Source: Candidatus Poribacteria bacterium
GTDB taxonomy: Bacteria > Poribacteria > WGA-4E > WGA-3G
Assembly: GCA_965242965.1 (NCBI GenBank)
Contig: OZ251518.1
Location: 1,024,001 to 1,088,000, forward strand
Length of the DNA stretch: 64,000 nucleotides
Direction of reading: 5' to 3'
Shown here: positions 48,401 to 57,651 of the stretch, in pieces
How the letters are laid out: each line of letters begins with the position of its first letter
How positions within the stretch are numbered: position 1 is the first letter of the stretch
Position numbers and translations under genes: made by a program
The notes under the pieces: generated by a model
The model's database searches: none
Seen by the model: the letters and a program-made list of their open reading frames with translations, nothing else
What the model was told of the DNA's origin: nothing

Positions 48401-49039
48401 CAGCCTGCCCCTACAAATTTGGAAAATCCTGAATCTGCATCAGTTCCTTCGCGCAGAATTGATTATCCCACCGAAGTTGAAACCTCTTTTAACCGAGATG
48501 GGGAAACAGAAATCTACTCCACAATTACAGGCGATGGCACGGTAACGAATCCGGCACGCCGTCGTGAAAAAATGGGAGAAGAGCACCGTGAACTGTTCAA
48601 AGACGAGCCAAATGATAACGCACGCCGCGAACAGACGGTTCGCACGATACTTGAGGGAGCAAACCCACAAGTGAGAGAATATTTGGCCCAAATGTATGAT
48701 GGGAAATGCCAAATCTGTGATGAGACCTTTCCTGAACGAAGCGGACAACCGTTTTTCATAGCCAACTACATAGTTGAGCGAAAAATTGCTCAAGCAGTTG
48801 ACACTCCAGCCAATGCCTTATGCCTTTGTGCAGACCACTTCGCCAGATGGCAGCACGGAACTGTGGAGGCGGAAGACATTTTAGTCCAGATAGAAAACTT
48901 CCGGACTGAATCCGAAGGCGGGGAATGCGAACCCATTCTGGAGATTAAAATGTGCGGCGAAAAATGTGTGATTCGCTTTACCGAGAAACATCTCTTGGAC
49001 CTTCAGGAACTGCTCAAGGCTTCCAGATATGAAGTTTAA
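45464..49039 (+). CDS. Sacsin/NO-VEIN-like GHKL ATPase protein with an internal duplication and a C-terminal HNH-like zinc finger
   Basis: AGGAGG RBS; FIFELIQNAED, IGEKGIGFKSVF, LFLSKL and FPFLINADF..SRE; C-terminal CQIC..NALCLCADH. Confidence 0.85.
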   Translation: MPSEQFEHIQRIRNDFQATKRVKDSLNNSVQTLAADLYNKHTHFIFELIQNAEDNAYDEPSPSLSFRLTKTDPTGSKDADGALIIQNNETGFCHENVDALCAVGKTTKQKAHGYIGEKGIGFKSVFRVTGNPHIFSNGYRFCLPERDEETGLGYIVPRWVDCPPEELNLSQTHIILPLTKREFGYDKIEEMLLELEQETILFLSKLQEIRIETDTGTDLTILKNADEFPKIEVLIEGRKQRCSFSKVDKFLVCTKNFHKPVEVHHEKREGVNERDVSIAFPMDEDPTGSGKIFAYLPVSDTNFPFLINADFILTSSREGIQQDERWNRWLMDCVAEVVASELLSLLKKEQLLTVPFLETLARSLKNFAADERNLFYPITRKVRETLMTQEFLPANDGTFVYAENAMLARGDAVRNLLSHAQLGALFSGSENGTKWLSADITADRTPILHRYLMDLGIEEVIPMTFARRLSPPFLAAQTDDWFIEFYRFLSGQSVVTRNLRTEPILRLQDGSHVRPFQEDASPNAYLPLIETDTDSSLPTVKLEIVQDDDAREFLKNLGIPEWDIVEEVIRDILPKYVDDSPMVPMETYRSDFAKIVYAHNTDSTKRRAQLRKALFATPFVFLENPPAGSANYLKPAQLYFANDDRLWGNFSGNYSRVSVRKDIYEFLKLLGTRKWNVVEEVYKTILPKYVTGSPAVPLQSHRDDFAKIADAYTTSSHLQKTDLCEKLQGIPFILAEHRDAAEPAYRKPDELYFLTEELRLYFDKNASYRFVSSIYPERYFDMLNELGVRDSIPVICRSRPGLTDDITLKSKWKEYSHYCHRRGLKGFDPDIEVKGLADILKNPSRAQSEIIWNRIALPYRHCIRGTVLWSSRQDFSRSASVYEEEETVSQHFGRLLVEAAWLPDSDWNLHKPSELNLDELPESFERDERLADLLGMKKDKVAELAAETGVSAEVIRDFMQNPDEYAEYKAWKAEKQEQHQPAPTNLENPESASVPSRRIDYPTEVETSFNRDGETEIYSTITGDGTVTNPARRREKMGEEHRELFKDEPNDNARREQTVRTILEGANPQVREYLAQMYDGKCQICDETFPERSGQPFFIANYIVERKIAQAVDTPANALCLCADHFARWQHGTVEAEDILVQIENFRTESEGGECEPILEIKMCGEKCVIRFTEKHLLDLQELLKASRYEV

Positions 49040-49051
49040 ATGGAGGAATGA

Positions 49052-49984
49052 ATGCAGAAATTATTTGTCCGAACGCTCATGAGCGTCCTCATCCTCGCAG
49101 CCATACCCGCAGCGGCACAAAACACCGACATTCACGAAAATGCCGGCACCCGCGCAATGACATTCCTGAAAATCGGCATCGGCGCGAAGGCAATGGGCAT
49201 GGGCGAATCACATGTCGCCGCAACCGATGATCTTTATGCATCCTATTGGAATCCCGCCGGCCTCGCACGGCTCCAACAGCCGCAACTCGCGCTGATGCAT
49301 AACGAATGGTTCGCTGGCATCAACCACGAATTCATCGGGTTCGCGCTCCCAATCGGCGAGATCGGGACAGTCGGCGCGAGCGCGAATTTCTTGTCCTTCG
49401 GTGAGTTGCAAGGCCGCGACCGGGATGGCAACGAGACAACTATCTTCCGTCCCTATGATCTGGCGGTTGTCGTCTCGTATGCGCGCAACATCACGCCGGC
49501 ACTAGCATTCGGCACCAACGCAAAGTTCCTGCGAGAGCAAATTGCCGATGAAAGCGGCACCGGTATCGCTTTCGATTTCGGTGGACTTTATACGTTATCA
49601 GAACTTCCGCTATCTCTCGGTTTCAACGCGCAGCACGTCGGACCGCGGGTGCGGTTCATAGAGGAGGCGTTCGGATTACCGTTTACGTTTCGGTTCGGCG
49701 CGGCTTACCGTCCGTGGGGTGATGCCTTCATGCTAACGGCGGATGTCGTTCGTCCTTCTGACAATGACATTACCACCGGCGTGGGTGCCGCCTATACGAT
49801 AGCGAACATTTTGCAATTGCGCACCGGCTACAAATACAAGTTGGGAGGCAACGATTTAGGCGGATCTTCGGGGTTGACAGGCGGGTTCGGGCTCACGCTT
49901 CGGCGATTCCAGGTCGATTACGCGCTGGTGCCGTTCGGTGTGTTGGGGTTAACGCATCGGTTTTCGTTGGTTGCGAATTTTTAA
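49052..49984 (+). CDS. PorV/PorQ family outer-membrane protein
   Basis: Signal peptide, FLKIGIGAKAMGMGE, YWNPAGLA, DYALVPFGVLGLTHRFSL and a terminal F. Confidence 0.85.
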   Translation: MQKLFVRTLMSVLILAAIPAAAQNTDIHENAGTRAMTFLKIGIGAKAMGMGESHVAATDDLYASYWNPAGLARLQQPQLALMHNEWFAGINHEFIGFALPIGEIGTVGASANFLSFGELQGRDRDGNETTIFRPYDLAVVVSYARNITPALAFGTNAKFLREQIADESGTGIAFDFGGLYTLSELPLSLGFNAQHVGPRVRFIEEAFGLPFTFRFGAAYRPWGDAFMLTADVVRPSDNDITTGVGAAYTIANILQLRTGYKYKLGGNDLGGSSGLTGGFGLTLRRFQVDYALVPFGVLGLTHRFSLVANF

Positions 49985-50018
49985 CGCGTCTTCGTTTTCA
50001 AATCTCCATACATCCCCC

Positions 50019-50377
50019 CGTAGGAGAGACCTCCTGGTCTCGATGCAATACCGTAGGAGAGACCTCCCGGTCTCGATGCATTAGGTAGGAGAGACTCCCG
50101 CTATCGTTTGCAATTGCCTTCTCTTGACCCGTTCAGGAGCAGGTGCTCCTGAACTACAGGCGGAACGCACGCTAGTTCTGTAGTTCGGGTGCGCCTGCAC
50201 CCGAATGGCGCGAGCGCGGGCAAGCCTTACCTCATCGAGACCGGGAGGGCTCTCCTACCCGAAGAATCAGGACAGGTAGGAGGGACATCCTTGTCCCGAT
50301 GGGCACATCAACAAAACGCATCGAGACCGGGAGGTCTCTCCTACCCGAAGAATCGAGACCGGGAGGTCTCTCCTACC
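50019..50377. repeat. REP cluster (B and C families)
   Basis: At least six B-type units in both orientations plus TTCAGGAGCAGGTGCTCCTGAACTAC. Confidence 0.9.
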
Positions 50378-50429
50378 TGGAGGGCATTGAGATTTTCTCA
50401 TATCATTGAATCGGCGATGGAGTCGTTTA

Positions 50430-51452
50430 TCATTCCGCTATCTCGATGTGCACAGGCAAATCCACTGCTGGAAACACTTCGTTAAGCAACGCGTAGAGTA
50501 ATGGATCTTGCTCTATCAACTTCGCGCGTTGCCACTCATCAGCTAAGTTGTTGCCGTGAATGTCCGTAAACCATTCTTGCGCACCGGTAGCCCAGTATTC
50601 CCCCTCGTTCGTCAGCGCATAATGGTCCGGGATGTCAAAAAAACCCTTGCCCTGCAGTGCCTTCTGATACGCCAGCGTATACGCCGTCCTCAAACGCGTA
50701 CCCCAATCTGGAAAGAGATGTGGATGCTGGGCAAACGCATAATCTATTGCATGCGCCATCTCATGCACCACTATCCCACTGGACAGTCCTGCCTTCTTGC
50801 CGTTTAAGTCCCAATAAATGCCGCTCACCGCAAAATCGCCCGCAAAAAAACCTAAGTATTGGCTGAGCTGCTGCAACTCATAAGGCATGTTCACCGCAAA
50901 GTTGAGGAAGCCCACCAATATATAGCGAAACCTATTTGCAGGCGACAGTGCCTCACGTAACTCGGGCCGTTTCGAGGTCATCGTCAGAATAATCTCGCGT
51001 GCCGCATACAGGAACTCATCGTCTACGCCCGCGGTTGAGGTCCGCTCGGAAGGCGCGATAATGGCGATACCCCCCGCGTCGATATATTTATCATAGAAAA
51101 GCCGGCGATGCACATTTTCGCAGAAGAACTGGAAGGGCCTCGGAGGCAACTTAGTCTGCTCCAGTTCGCCATCCGCATTGAGGTGCTGTCCGTGCCGGAT
51201 GCTTAACAGTTCTTCCAACCGATCGAGTCTTGAGTCCCAACTAAACCACAGCGCATCCTCAATCTCTGTCGGCACCGGTGACACCACCAGCTCGCTCCCG
51301 GTGCCAACAGCAATCTCTGCCGTCAACGGAACGCGCGCCGGCACCGGTGGCGCAGCATCCGGTAAAAGTTCCGTCAGGACCCCGCGGTCGCCATCAAAGC
51401 AACCGATACTCAAAACGACAAACGTCAGACAAACAAACGTGATGATTTTCAT
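50430..51452 (-). CDS. Lipoprotein with a zincin (HExxH) metallopeptidase domain
   Basis: AAGGAG RBS, lipobox SIGC, HEMAHAID and downstream YALTNEGEYWA. Confidence 0.8.
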   Translation of the reverse strand: MKIITFVCLTFVVLSIGCFDGDRGVLTELLPDAAPPVPARVPLTAEIAVGTGSELVVSPVPTEIEDALWFSWDSRLDRLEELLSIRHGQHLNADGELEQTKLPPRPFQFFCENVHRRLFYDKYIDAGGIAIIAPSERTSTAGVDDEFLYAAREIILTMTSKRPELREALSPANRFRYILVGFLNFAVNMPYELQQLSQYLGFFAGDFAVSGIYWDLNGKKAGLSSGIVVHEMAHAIDYAFAQHPHLFPDWGTRLRTAYTLAYQKALQGKGFFDIPDHYALTNEGEYWATGAQEWFTDIHGNNLADEWQRAKLIEQDPLLYALLNEVFPAVDLPVHIEIAE

Positions 51453-51537
51453 GAGTCTCCTTGTTATTCGGGACTGCTTGCTAATTAGCAGACACGCCAG
51501 CAAAGGACTGCTGACGAAAAGAATCTAGTCAGCAGTT

Positions 51538-52034
51538 TGAGGGTATTTCATAACTCCGTTTCGGTATTTATCCGCCTAGGGGGCGGGCGACTCCTGTTCC
51601 CTCTGGGTAGGAGAGCCCTCCCGGTCTTCATGCAACATTAAGGTCCTACGGGCCTTGAGAGGGTGCGGCACGTTTTTCTATAGACATTCAGGTCCTACGG
51701 ACCTAAAAGAGCGGTTTGGTAGACCGCAGCATGGCGAGGGACAGGCCCTCGCCCTACGATGAAAGGAAGCCGTTCTGTCAAGAAGATGTCCGGTTCCCGT
51801 AGCGCGGGGGCCTGTCCCCCGCGAACGTGAAAAAACCGTCCGGTTCCCGTAGCGCGGGGGGCTGTCCCCCGCGAACGTCCCGTAGGAGAGACCTCCTAGT
51901 CTCGATTCCCCCGCGAACGGCCGATGGCACGCGTTAGGAGAGTCAGACCGCCTCACCCCTGTAGGTCAGGATTGTCTGATCTGACCCGTTCGGGAGCGGG
52001 TGCTCCCGAACTACAGAGTTATGAAACACCCTCA
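51538..52034. mobile_element. MITE-like element: 19-bp terminal inverted repeats enclosing REP cargo
   Basis: Left TGAGGGTATTTCATAACTC and right GAGTTATGAAACACCCTCA (18/19 complementary). No credible ORF inside. Confidence 0.6.
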
Positions 52035-52092
52035 GTTAGCAGTTTAGCATATCGCACCGTTTTTGTCAACTTGCCGAGTTTCTAGTTGCTTG

Positions 52093-52341
52093 CTAATTAG
52101 CAGCCTCGTCCTCATCAGACGCGCCGACAACTGGGTGAAACGCGCCCGACATGATGCGCCCGGCATGCGGCCACGCCTGCGGTCCATCGCCATCAGCAGG
52201 CTGACACACGCTATTGACATGCGCCTGCAACCCCGATTCAAGTGCAGAAAGCGCAGACAGTAATTCTTCCTGATACGGCGAGCTCTCTGCTGAAACCGCC
52301 TGAATTAAGGCGCGATAGGTTTCCAAAATCTCCGTTGACAT
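52093..52341 (-). CDS. Small hypothetical protein flanked by TGCTAATTAGCA palindromes
   Basis: AAGGAGAG RBS before ATG; 82 aa. Confidence 0.55.
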   Translation of the reverse strand: MSTEILETYRALIQAVSAESSPYQEELLSALSALESGLQAHVNSVCQPADGDGPQAWPHAGRIMSGAFHPVVGASDEDEAAN

Positions 52342-52413
52342 CGTTCTCTCCTTGCTAATTAGCAAGAAAGCGTAGGGTGAGGGACAGCCCCGCGCCCTAC
52401 GCCATGCCGGGTT

Positions 52414-53703
52414 TTATTGACCATGAACGTCGAGATATATGCCGCCAGGGATAGTAAAAAGGACTTCATGGTACAGCTCCTCCTCTCCTTCCCAATACGG
52501 GTAGTCGGCGTAGAGCGCACCTTCGTCCCAACCCCAAATTTCTTGATTCTGGTCTCCAACAGGAACGGCACCGGGAGCATAGTCAGAGATGGCATCGCCA
52601 ATCACAATCATCGTCTCTTCGTGATGGAGAGGCATCCGATAATTAAAGACAATCTTGTTGTCCGAGTCCAAAAACAAAATGGCCTCGGTATACGGGTCCC
52701 ACATAAGCTCGTGATAAGAGTTAACAGGTTGTTCATCTTTCCCCGCTAAAAATTGCTTGTTCTTGAACGGTATGTCGGTCTCCAAAAATCCAGTCTCGTA
52801 TCTCACAAGAACGCGATGCGGGCCGGGACCGAGTGCTTCCGGTATATCAAAGTATATCGTCAGCCGGCCCGTATTGTCCGGTTTCGCATCGTTCGTATAC
52901 GAAATGCCGACGAAGCAAGCACCCTCTTTGCAGACTGTAGCGCGGACGAGCTCTTCACCCCTGAGTAACTGCGGTGTCTCCGCAACTGGCGGCGCAGCCG
53001 AATGTAACTCAAAAGAGCGTTCATAATACTGCCCATCTTCGTTCCAATCCGGGTCTATTGGCGGGTCTCCAACAGGAACGGCACCAGGAGCATCGCCAGA
53101 AATGGCATCACCAATGACAATACGCACCGAATCGGACCCCGGAGCGAACCGATACTTCAAGACAATCTTGTCATCAGCGTCCAAAACGAAAGCAGCCTCT
53201 GTATAGTCGACTTGCTTATACGGCGCGTGGACGTTCCCAGTCGGCTCACTTCTCCGCACAGATTGCTTGTTCTCAAGCGGTATGTCGGTTTGTAGATGGC
53301 CTTCCGGGTATCTCACAAAGACGCGATGTAGGCCGGGACCGAGTGCTTCCGGTATATCAAAGTATAGCGTTAGCTGGCCCGAACCATCCGGTTTCGCATC
53401 GTTCGTATAGGAAATGCCGACGAAGCAAAAATCGGTATCGCAGGCTGTCTCCGCGAGCGTCACTTCGCCGCGACGCGCCGGAAACGTCGCGGCGAGGGTC
53501 TCTTCTTCGGGTGCCGGTGGAGTTTCCTCAACCGCCACTTCTTCTTCCGGTGTCGGCTGAGTCTCCTCAACCGGCACTGTTTCTTCGGGTGCTGGTGCCA
53601 CTTCGCGTGTCACCTGTTCCATCATGGTTTGAGATTCATCGCACCCGCTTAAGAATCCCAGCAGTGCAACTACGGCGACTGCTGCTAGTGTTAAGGTTTT
53701 CAT
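52414..53703 (-). CDS. Lipoprotein with an acidic Pro-rich linker and a duplicated about 170-aa domain
   Basis: Lipobox LSGC. Two copies of C....CFVGISYTNDAKPD..LT.YFDIPEALGPG.HRV..IVIGDAIS..APGAVPVGD, 510 bp apart. Confidence 0.85.
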   Translation of the reverse strand: MKTLTLAAVAVVALLGFLSGCDESQTMMEQVTREVAPAPEETVPVEETQPTPEEEVAVEETPPAPEEETLAATFPARRGEVTLAETACDTDFCFVGISYTNDAKPDGSGQLTLYFDIPEALGPGLHRVFVRYPEGHLQTDIPLENKQSVRRSEPTGNVHAPYKQVDYTEAAFVLDADDKIVLKYRFAPGSDSVRIVIGDAISGDAPGAVPVGDPPIDPDWNEDGQYYERSFELHSAAPPVAETPQLLRGEELVRATVCKEGACFVGISYTNDAKPDNTGRLTIYFDIPEALGPGPHRVLVRYETGFLETDIPFKNKQFLAGKDEQPVNSYHELMWDPYTEAILFLDSDNKIVFNYRMPLHHEETMIVIGDAISDYAPGAVPVGDQNQEIWGWDEGALYADYPYWEGEEELYHEVLFTIPGGIYLDVHGQ

Positions 53704-53789
53704 TATGTGCCTCCTTGTTTTCCATACATTCTAGCAGCGTTCGCCTGTGTTGTCAAGCATTACCTGCTTTCAAGGGGGCGTTTTTTTCA

Positions 53790-54465
53790 CCGTAGCGCGG
53801 GGGCCTGTCCCCCGCGATCGCAGCATGGCGAGGGGAACCCGCTCGCATGCGCGTGTGGCATCCGAGGGCCCGCGCCTTACGGTGAAGGAGGCGATGTTTT
53901 TTTCGTAGTGCGGGGGCCTGTCCCCCGCGAGCTCCATTGTCAAGCGGTGGTGTTTTAGGTCCTTTAGGACCTACATGTCTATAGCAGCAAGTGTCGTCCG
54001 GTTTTCAAGGTCTGTTAGGACCTTAATCGTGGAAAACACGCTGCGAGTCAAAATCTATTAAGACCTAAAGGACCTTAGCGTTTTTTGCAGGCGCGCGTGC
54101 TATAGACATTAAGGTCCTAACGGACCTGAAGAGAACGCGCACCGTTTTTTTTTTCTGTAGTGCGGGGCCTGTCCCCCGCGGTCGTTCATTGCCGGGGAGT
54201 TGTTTCAGCGTTGCAGTTGGCATGGCGAGGGACAGGCCCTCGCCCTACGGTGAAAGGAACGTTTTTTACGGTGAAGGGAACGACGTTTTTTTGTAGTGCG
54301 GGGGCCTGTCCCCCGCGTGTGTTGGGGTGCACGAGCGATGGCGAGGGACAGGCCCTCGCCCTACGGTGAAAGGGGCGATGTTTTTTTTCGTAGTGCGGGG
54401 GCCTGTCCCCCGCGCGTGTTAGGGTGCGCGAGGCATGGCGAGGGACAGGCCCTCGCCCTACGGTG
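53790..54465. repeat. Large mosaic REP cluster
   Basis: About nine A-type units plus an inverted pair of CTATAGACAT-hairpin units. Confidence 0.9.
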
Positions 54466-54511
54466 GTAGAGATACGGTGGGTAAGGCGGATTTCTCGGCC
54501 CGCCGCAATTG

Positions 54512-55198
54512 TCAGGAAGCCGCCTGAATGAACGCCTCAAACAACTTCACGCCGTGCGCGCGCTGCGCGCGCTCCTTGAGCATCCGTTCCGGATGATACT
54601 GCACGCCAAGCATAAACCGTTTGGTGGGATTTTCCATCGCCTCAACGATGCCATCTTCGGTGCGGGCCGTGACGACGAACCCATCGCCGAGCGCGTCTAC
54701 CGCCTGATGATGCGCCGAATTCACCGCGTCAACACGTGCGCCGATGATTCCGCTGAGCAAACTTCCCTCGGTTATCTCAATCTCATGCTGAGAATCGCTG
54801 TAGGCGACTTGTGTGTGACACAAGGTTTCCCGTGGCACCGTATCCTCAATATCCTGATACAGGCTTCCACCCATCGCGACGCTCATGATTTGGATGCCAC
54901 GGCAAATTCCAAAGACAGGGAGGTCTGCCTCCAGTGCCTTCTGGAATAGCGGAATCTCTAGTTCGTCGCGCTCTTCATTGACGAATCTCAGCGCGGGGTG
55001 CCACGGTTGGTTAAAATAATCGGGGTGGATATCGCCGCCGCCGGTCAGAAGCAGCCCATCAAGGCCGATGATGCTAGGTTCATCGTCTGGGGTAATGCAG
55101 CGAGGAGTGCCGCCGTGTTGCTTTATCGCGTGCGTATAGTTGTTCATCCCGGTGTCCGCGATGTTGTCTGTTAATGTGATTCCGATGATAGGGGACAT
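54512..55198 (-). CDS. Gamma-glutamyl-gamma-aminobutyrate hydrolase family (peptidase C26) protein
   Basis: DGLLLTGGGD, GICRG, VNSAHHQA and GVQYHPE. Confidence 0.9.
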   Translation of the reverse strand: MSPIIGITLTDNIADTGMNNYTHAIKQHGGTPRCITPDDEPSIIGLDGLLLTGGGDIHPDYFNQPWHPALRFVNEERDELEIPLFQKALEADLPVFGICRGIQIMSVAMGGSLYQDIEDTVPRETLCHTQVAYSDSQHEIEITEGSLLSGIIGARVDAVNSAHHQAVDALGDGFVVTARTEDGIVEAMENPTKRFMLGVQYHPERMLKERAQRAHGVKLFEAFIQAAS

Positions 55199-55370
55199 GA
55201 TGTGCTCCTTTTTTGGTTGTGATGGCGAGGGACAGCCCCTCGCCCTACGTTTGGCTCAGACCGCCTCACCCCTGTAGGTCAGGATCGCCGGATCCTTAAC
55301 CGTTCGGGCTCAGGTGCTCCCGAACTACAGAGGTGGGCGTTGAGCGATTTATGAAACACCCTCAGCATAA

Positions 55371-56102
55371 TTAGGATGCGGCTGCAATGAACGCCTCAAA
55401 GAGTTTCTCCGCGTGTTCGTCAAAGAGTTTCTCCGCGTGTTCGTCTATCCCCGACTTTTTCATCCGTTCCGGATGGTATTGCACGCCGAGCATAAACCGC
55501 TTGTCGGGATGCTCAATCGCCTCAATGATGCCATCCGCGGGGCTGCGCGCCGTGACGACGAATCCTTCGCCGACTACGTCTACCGCCTGATGATGCGCCG
55601 AATTCACCTCGGCAAAGGGCTCGCCGATGAGGTCGCGGAGTAAACTCCCCTCGGTTATCTCAATTTCATGCCGGGAATCGTCACCCGCTATCTTATGAGG
55701 TAAAGCCTGGGGGAGATTCGGAATATCCGGAATATGTTGGTGGAGGGATCCACCCATCGCGACGCTCATAATCTGGATGCCGCGACAGATGCCGAAGACT
55801 GGCATGTCTGCCTCTAGTGCCTTCTGGAATAGCTCTATCTCTAGCGCGTCGCGAGGGCGGCTAACATCGCCAATATTATCGTGCGGCTCTTGAAAATAAA
55901 CAGATGGATTGATGTCGCAACCGCCGGTCAGCAGCAGGCCATCAATGTGACTAAGGTATTCGGAAATAGACGCGAGGTGCGTGCGAATAGAACTGTCTAG
56001 TGCAGCAAAATTGTGCGGTTCTCCACCGAAATCCTCAATTGCAGTGATATAGTTGTCATCCGATCCGAGCCTATTTGTAGACGTGACTCCGATAACGGGC
56101 AT
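55371..56102 (-). CDS. Gamma-glutamyl-gamma-aminobutyrate hydrolase family (peptidase C26) protein, tandem paralog
   Basis: DGLLLTGG, GICRG, VNSAHHQA and GVQYHPE; AGGAGG RBS. Confidence 0.9.
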   Translation of the reverse strand: MPVIGVTSTNRLGSDDNYITAIEDFGGEPHNFAALDSSIRTHLASISEYLSHIDGLLLTGGCDINPSVYFQEPHDNIGDVSRPRDALEIELFQKALEADMPVFGICRGIQIMSVAMGGSLHQHIPDIPNLPQALPHKIAGDDSRHEIEITEGSLLRDLIGEPFAEVNSAHHQAVDVVGEGFVVTARSPADGIIEAIEHPDKRFMLGVQYHPERMKKSGIDEHAEKLFDEHAEKLFEAFIAAAS

Positions 56103-56259
56103 AATGTTGCCTCCTGTCAAGTGCCTTATTTTTTTCTCAGACTCGTGACTTTCATCAATAATAGGATACCTTATTGCTAATGCAAAATGCAAATCAATTT
56201 GCATTAATACCGAGATTATGGTATAATTAACGACAAAATACGCGCAAGAGGCACAAAAC

Positions 56260-57651
56260 GTGGACAAAAACAGAATCACCCGTTTACCGATGTATCAGAA
56301 AATTGGGTTAAAACAGACCGCGCCTACCTCGCAAGCGCGCAAGATTTACATTGAGACTTACGGCTGCCAGATGAACGTCAGCGACAGCGAATTGATGGCG
56401 GGCATTCTCACACAGAACGGACACCTGACGGTGTCGCACTTGGACGATGCGGATGTCGTTCTGCTCAATACTTGCGCGATTCGGGAGAACGCCGAGACGA
56501 AGGTGCTTAATCGATTAAAGCAGTTGAACCATCGCAAACGCCGCGACCCGGATTTGATTATCGGGGTGTGCGGGTGCATGGCGCAACACCTCCGCGACCG
56601 GCTGGTGGCGGCGGCACCGTATGTCGATTTGGTGATGGGCCCCGATGCCTATCGACATCTGCCGATGGCACTGAAGGCGGTGACGCATCGCGACCCGTTT
56701 TTAGGCGTGCGGTTAGACAAAAGCGAGGACTACGCCGATATCGCGCCTATCCGCAAAGAGGGCATCCGGGCGTGGCTTACCATCCAGCGCGGGTGTGATA
56801 AGATGTGCACGTTCTGCATCGTGCCGTTCGTGCGCGGAAGGGAACGGAGCCTGCCGCTCAAACTGCTCGTTGAGGATGTCGAAAAATTAGTAGCACAGGG
56901 ATTCAAGGAGGTAGCCCTCCTCGGTCAAACCGTCAATTCATATCGCGACGACGATTACGATTTCGGCGAGCTGCTCTATGCCGTGAGTGATGTGAACGGC
57001 TTGGAGCGCGTCCGCTTTACCTCGCCGCATCCTGCCGATGCCACCGACAGCATGATAGACGCAATGGCGAACTCTCCGAAGGTTTGTAACCACCTGCATC
57101 TCCCGTTGCAATCTGGTTCTACGTCGGTGTTAGAACGGATGCGCCGCACCTATACAGCGGCGGAATACCGGGATTTAGTGGCGAAACTCCGTGAACGCAT
57201 CCCCGATATCGTCCTCACCACGGATATTATCGTCGGCTTCTGTGGGGAAACCGAAGCGGAATTCATGCAGACTTACGAGATGATGGCGGACATCCGTTAC
57301 GATTCGGCGTTTATGTTCAAATATTCTGAACGGGAGGGCACCCTCGCGCATAAGGCGTTTCCCGACGATGTGCCAGAGTCGGAGAAAGGGCGGCGATTAA
57401 CAGAAATCATCGCTTTGCAAGAGAAAATCTCCGCTGAGATTAACGATGCCGCTATCGGGCAAACCTTCACCGTGTTGGTAGAAGGCGTATCCCGGCGCGA
57501 CGCAGAACGGTATTACGGCAAAACAGATGGCTTCAAAACGACGGTATTTCCGAAGGCGGACAGCGCGGTAGGGGAGATGGTTGACGTTTGCATTGAGAGT
57601 GCCACGGCGCATACGTTGATTGGGAGAATTGTAAGGTCTGTAAGACCTTAA
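56260..57651 (+). CDS. miaB: tRNA-2-methylthio-N6-dimethylallyladenosine synthase MiaB
   Basis: TYGCQMN, NTCAIRENAE, GCMAQ, radical SAM CDKMCTFC, YSEREGT and a TRAM domain. A TTGCAT-17-TATAAT promoter lies at 56199. Confidence 0.95.
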   Translation: MDKNRITRLPMYQKIGLKQTAPTSQARKIYIETYGCQMNVSDSELMAGILTQNGHLTVSHLDDADVVLLNTCAIRENAETKVLNRLKQLNHRKRRDPDLIIGVCGCMAQHLRDRLVAAAPYVDLVMGPDAYRHLPMALKAVTHRDPFLGVRLDKSEDYADIAPIRKEGIRAWLTIQRGCDKMCTFCIVPFVRGRERSLPLKLLVEDVEKLVAQGFKEVALLGQTVNSYRDDDYDFGELLYAVSDVNGLERVRFTSPHPADATDSMIDAMANSPKVCNHLHLPLQSGSTSVLERMRRTYTAAEYRDLVAKLRERIPDIVLTTDIIVGFCGETEAEFMQTYEMMADIRYDSAFMFKYSEREGTLAHKAFPDDVPESEKGRRLTEIIALQEKISAEINDAAIGQTFTVLVEGVSRRDAERYYGKTDGFKTTVFPKADSAVGEMVDVCIESATAHTLIGRIVRSVRP

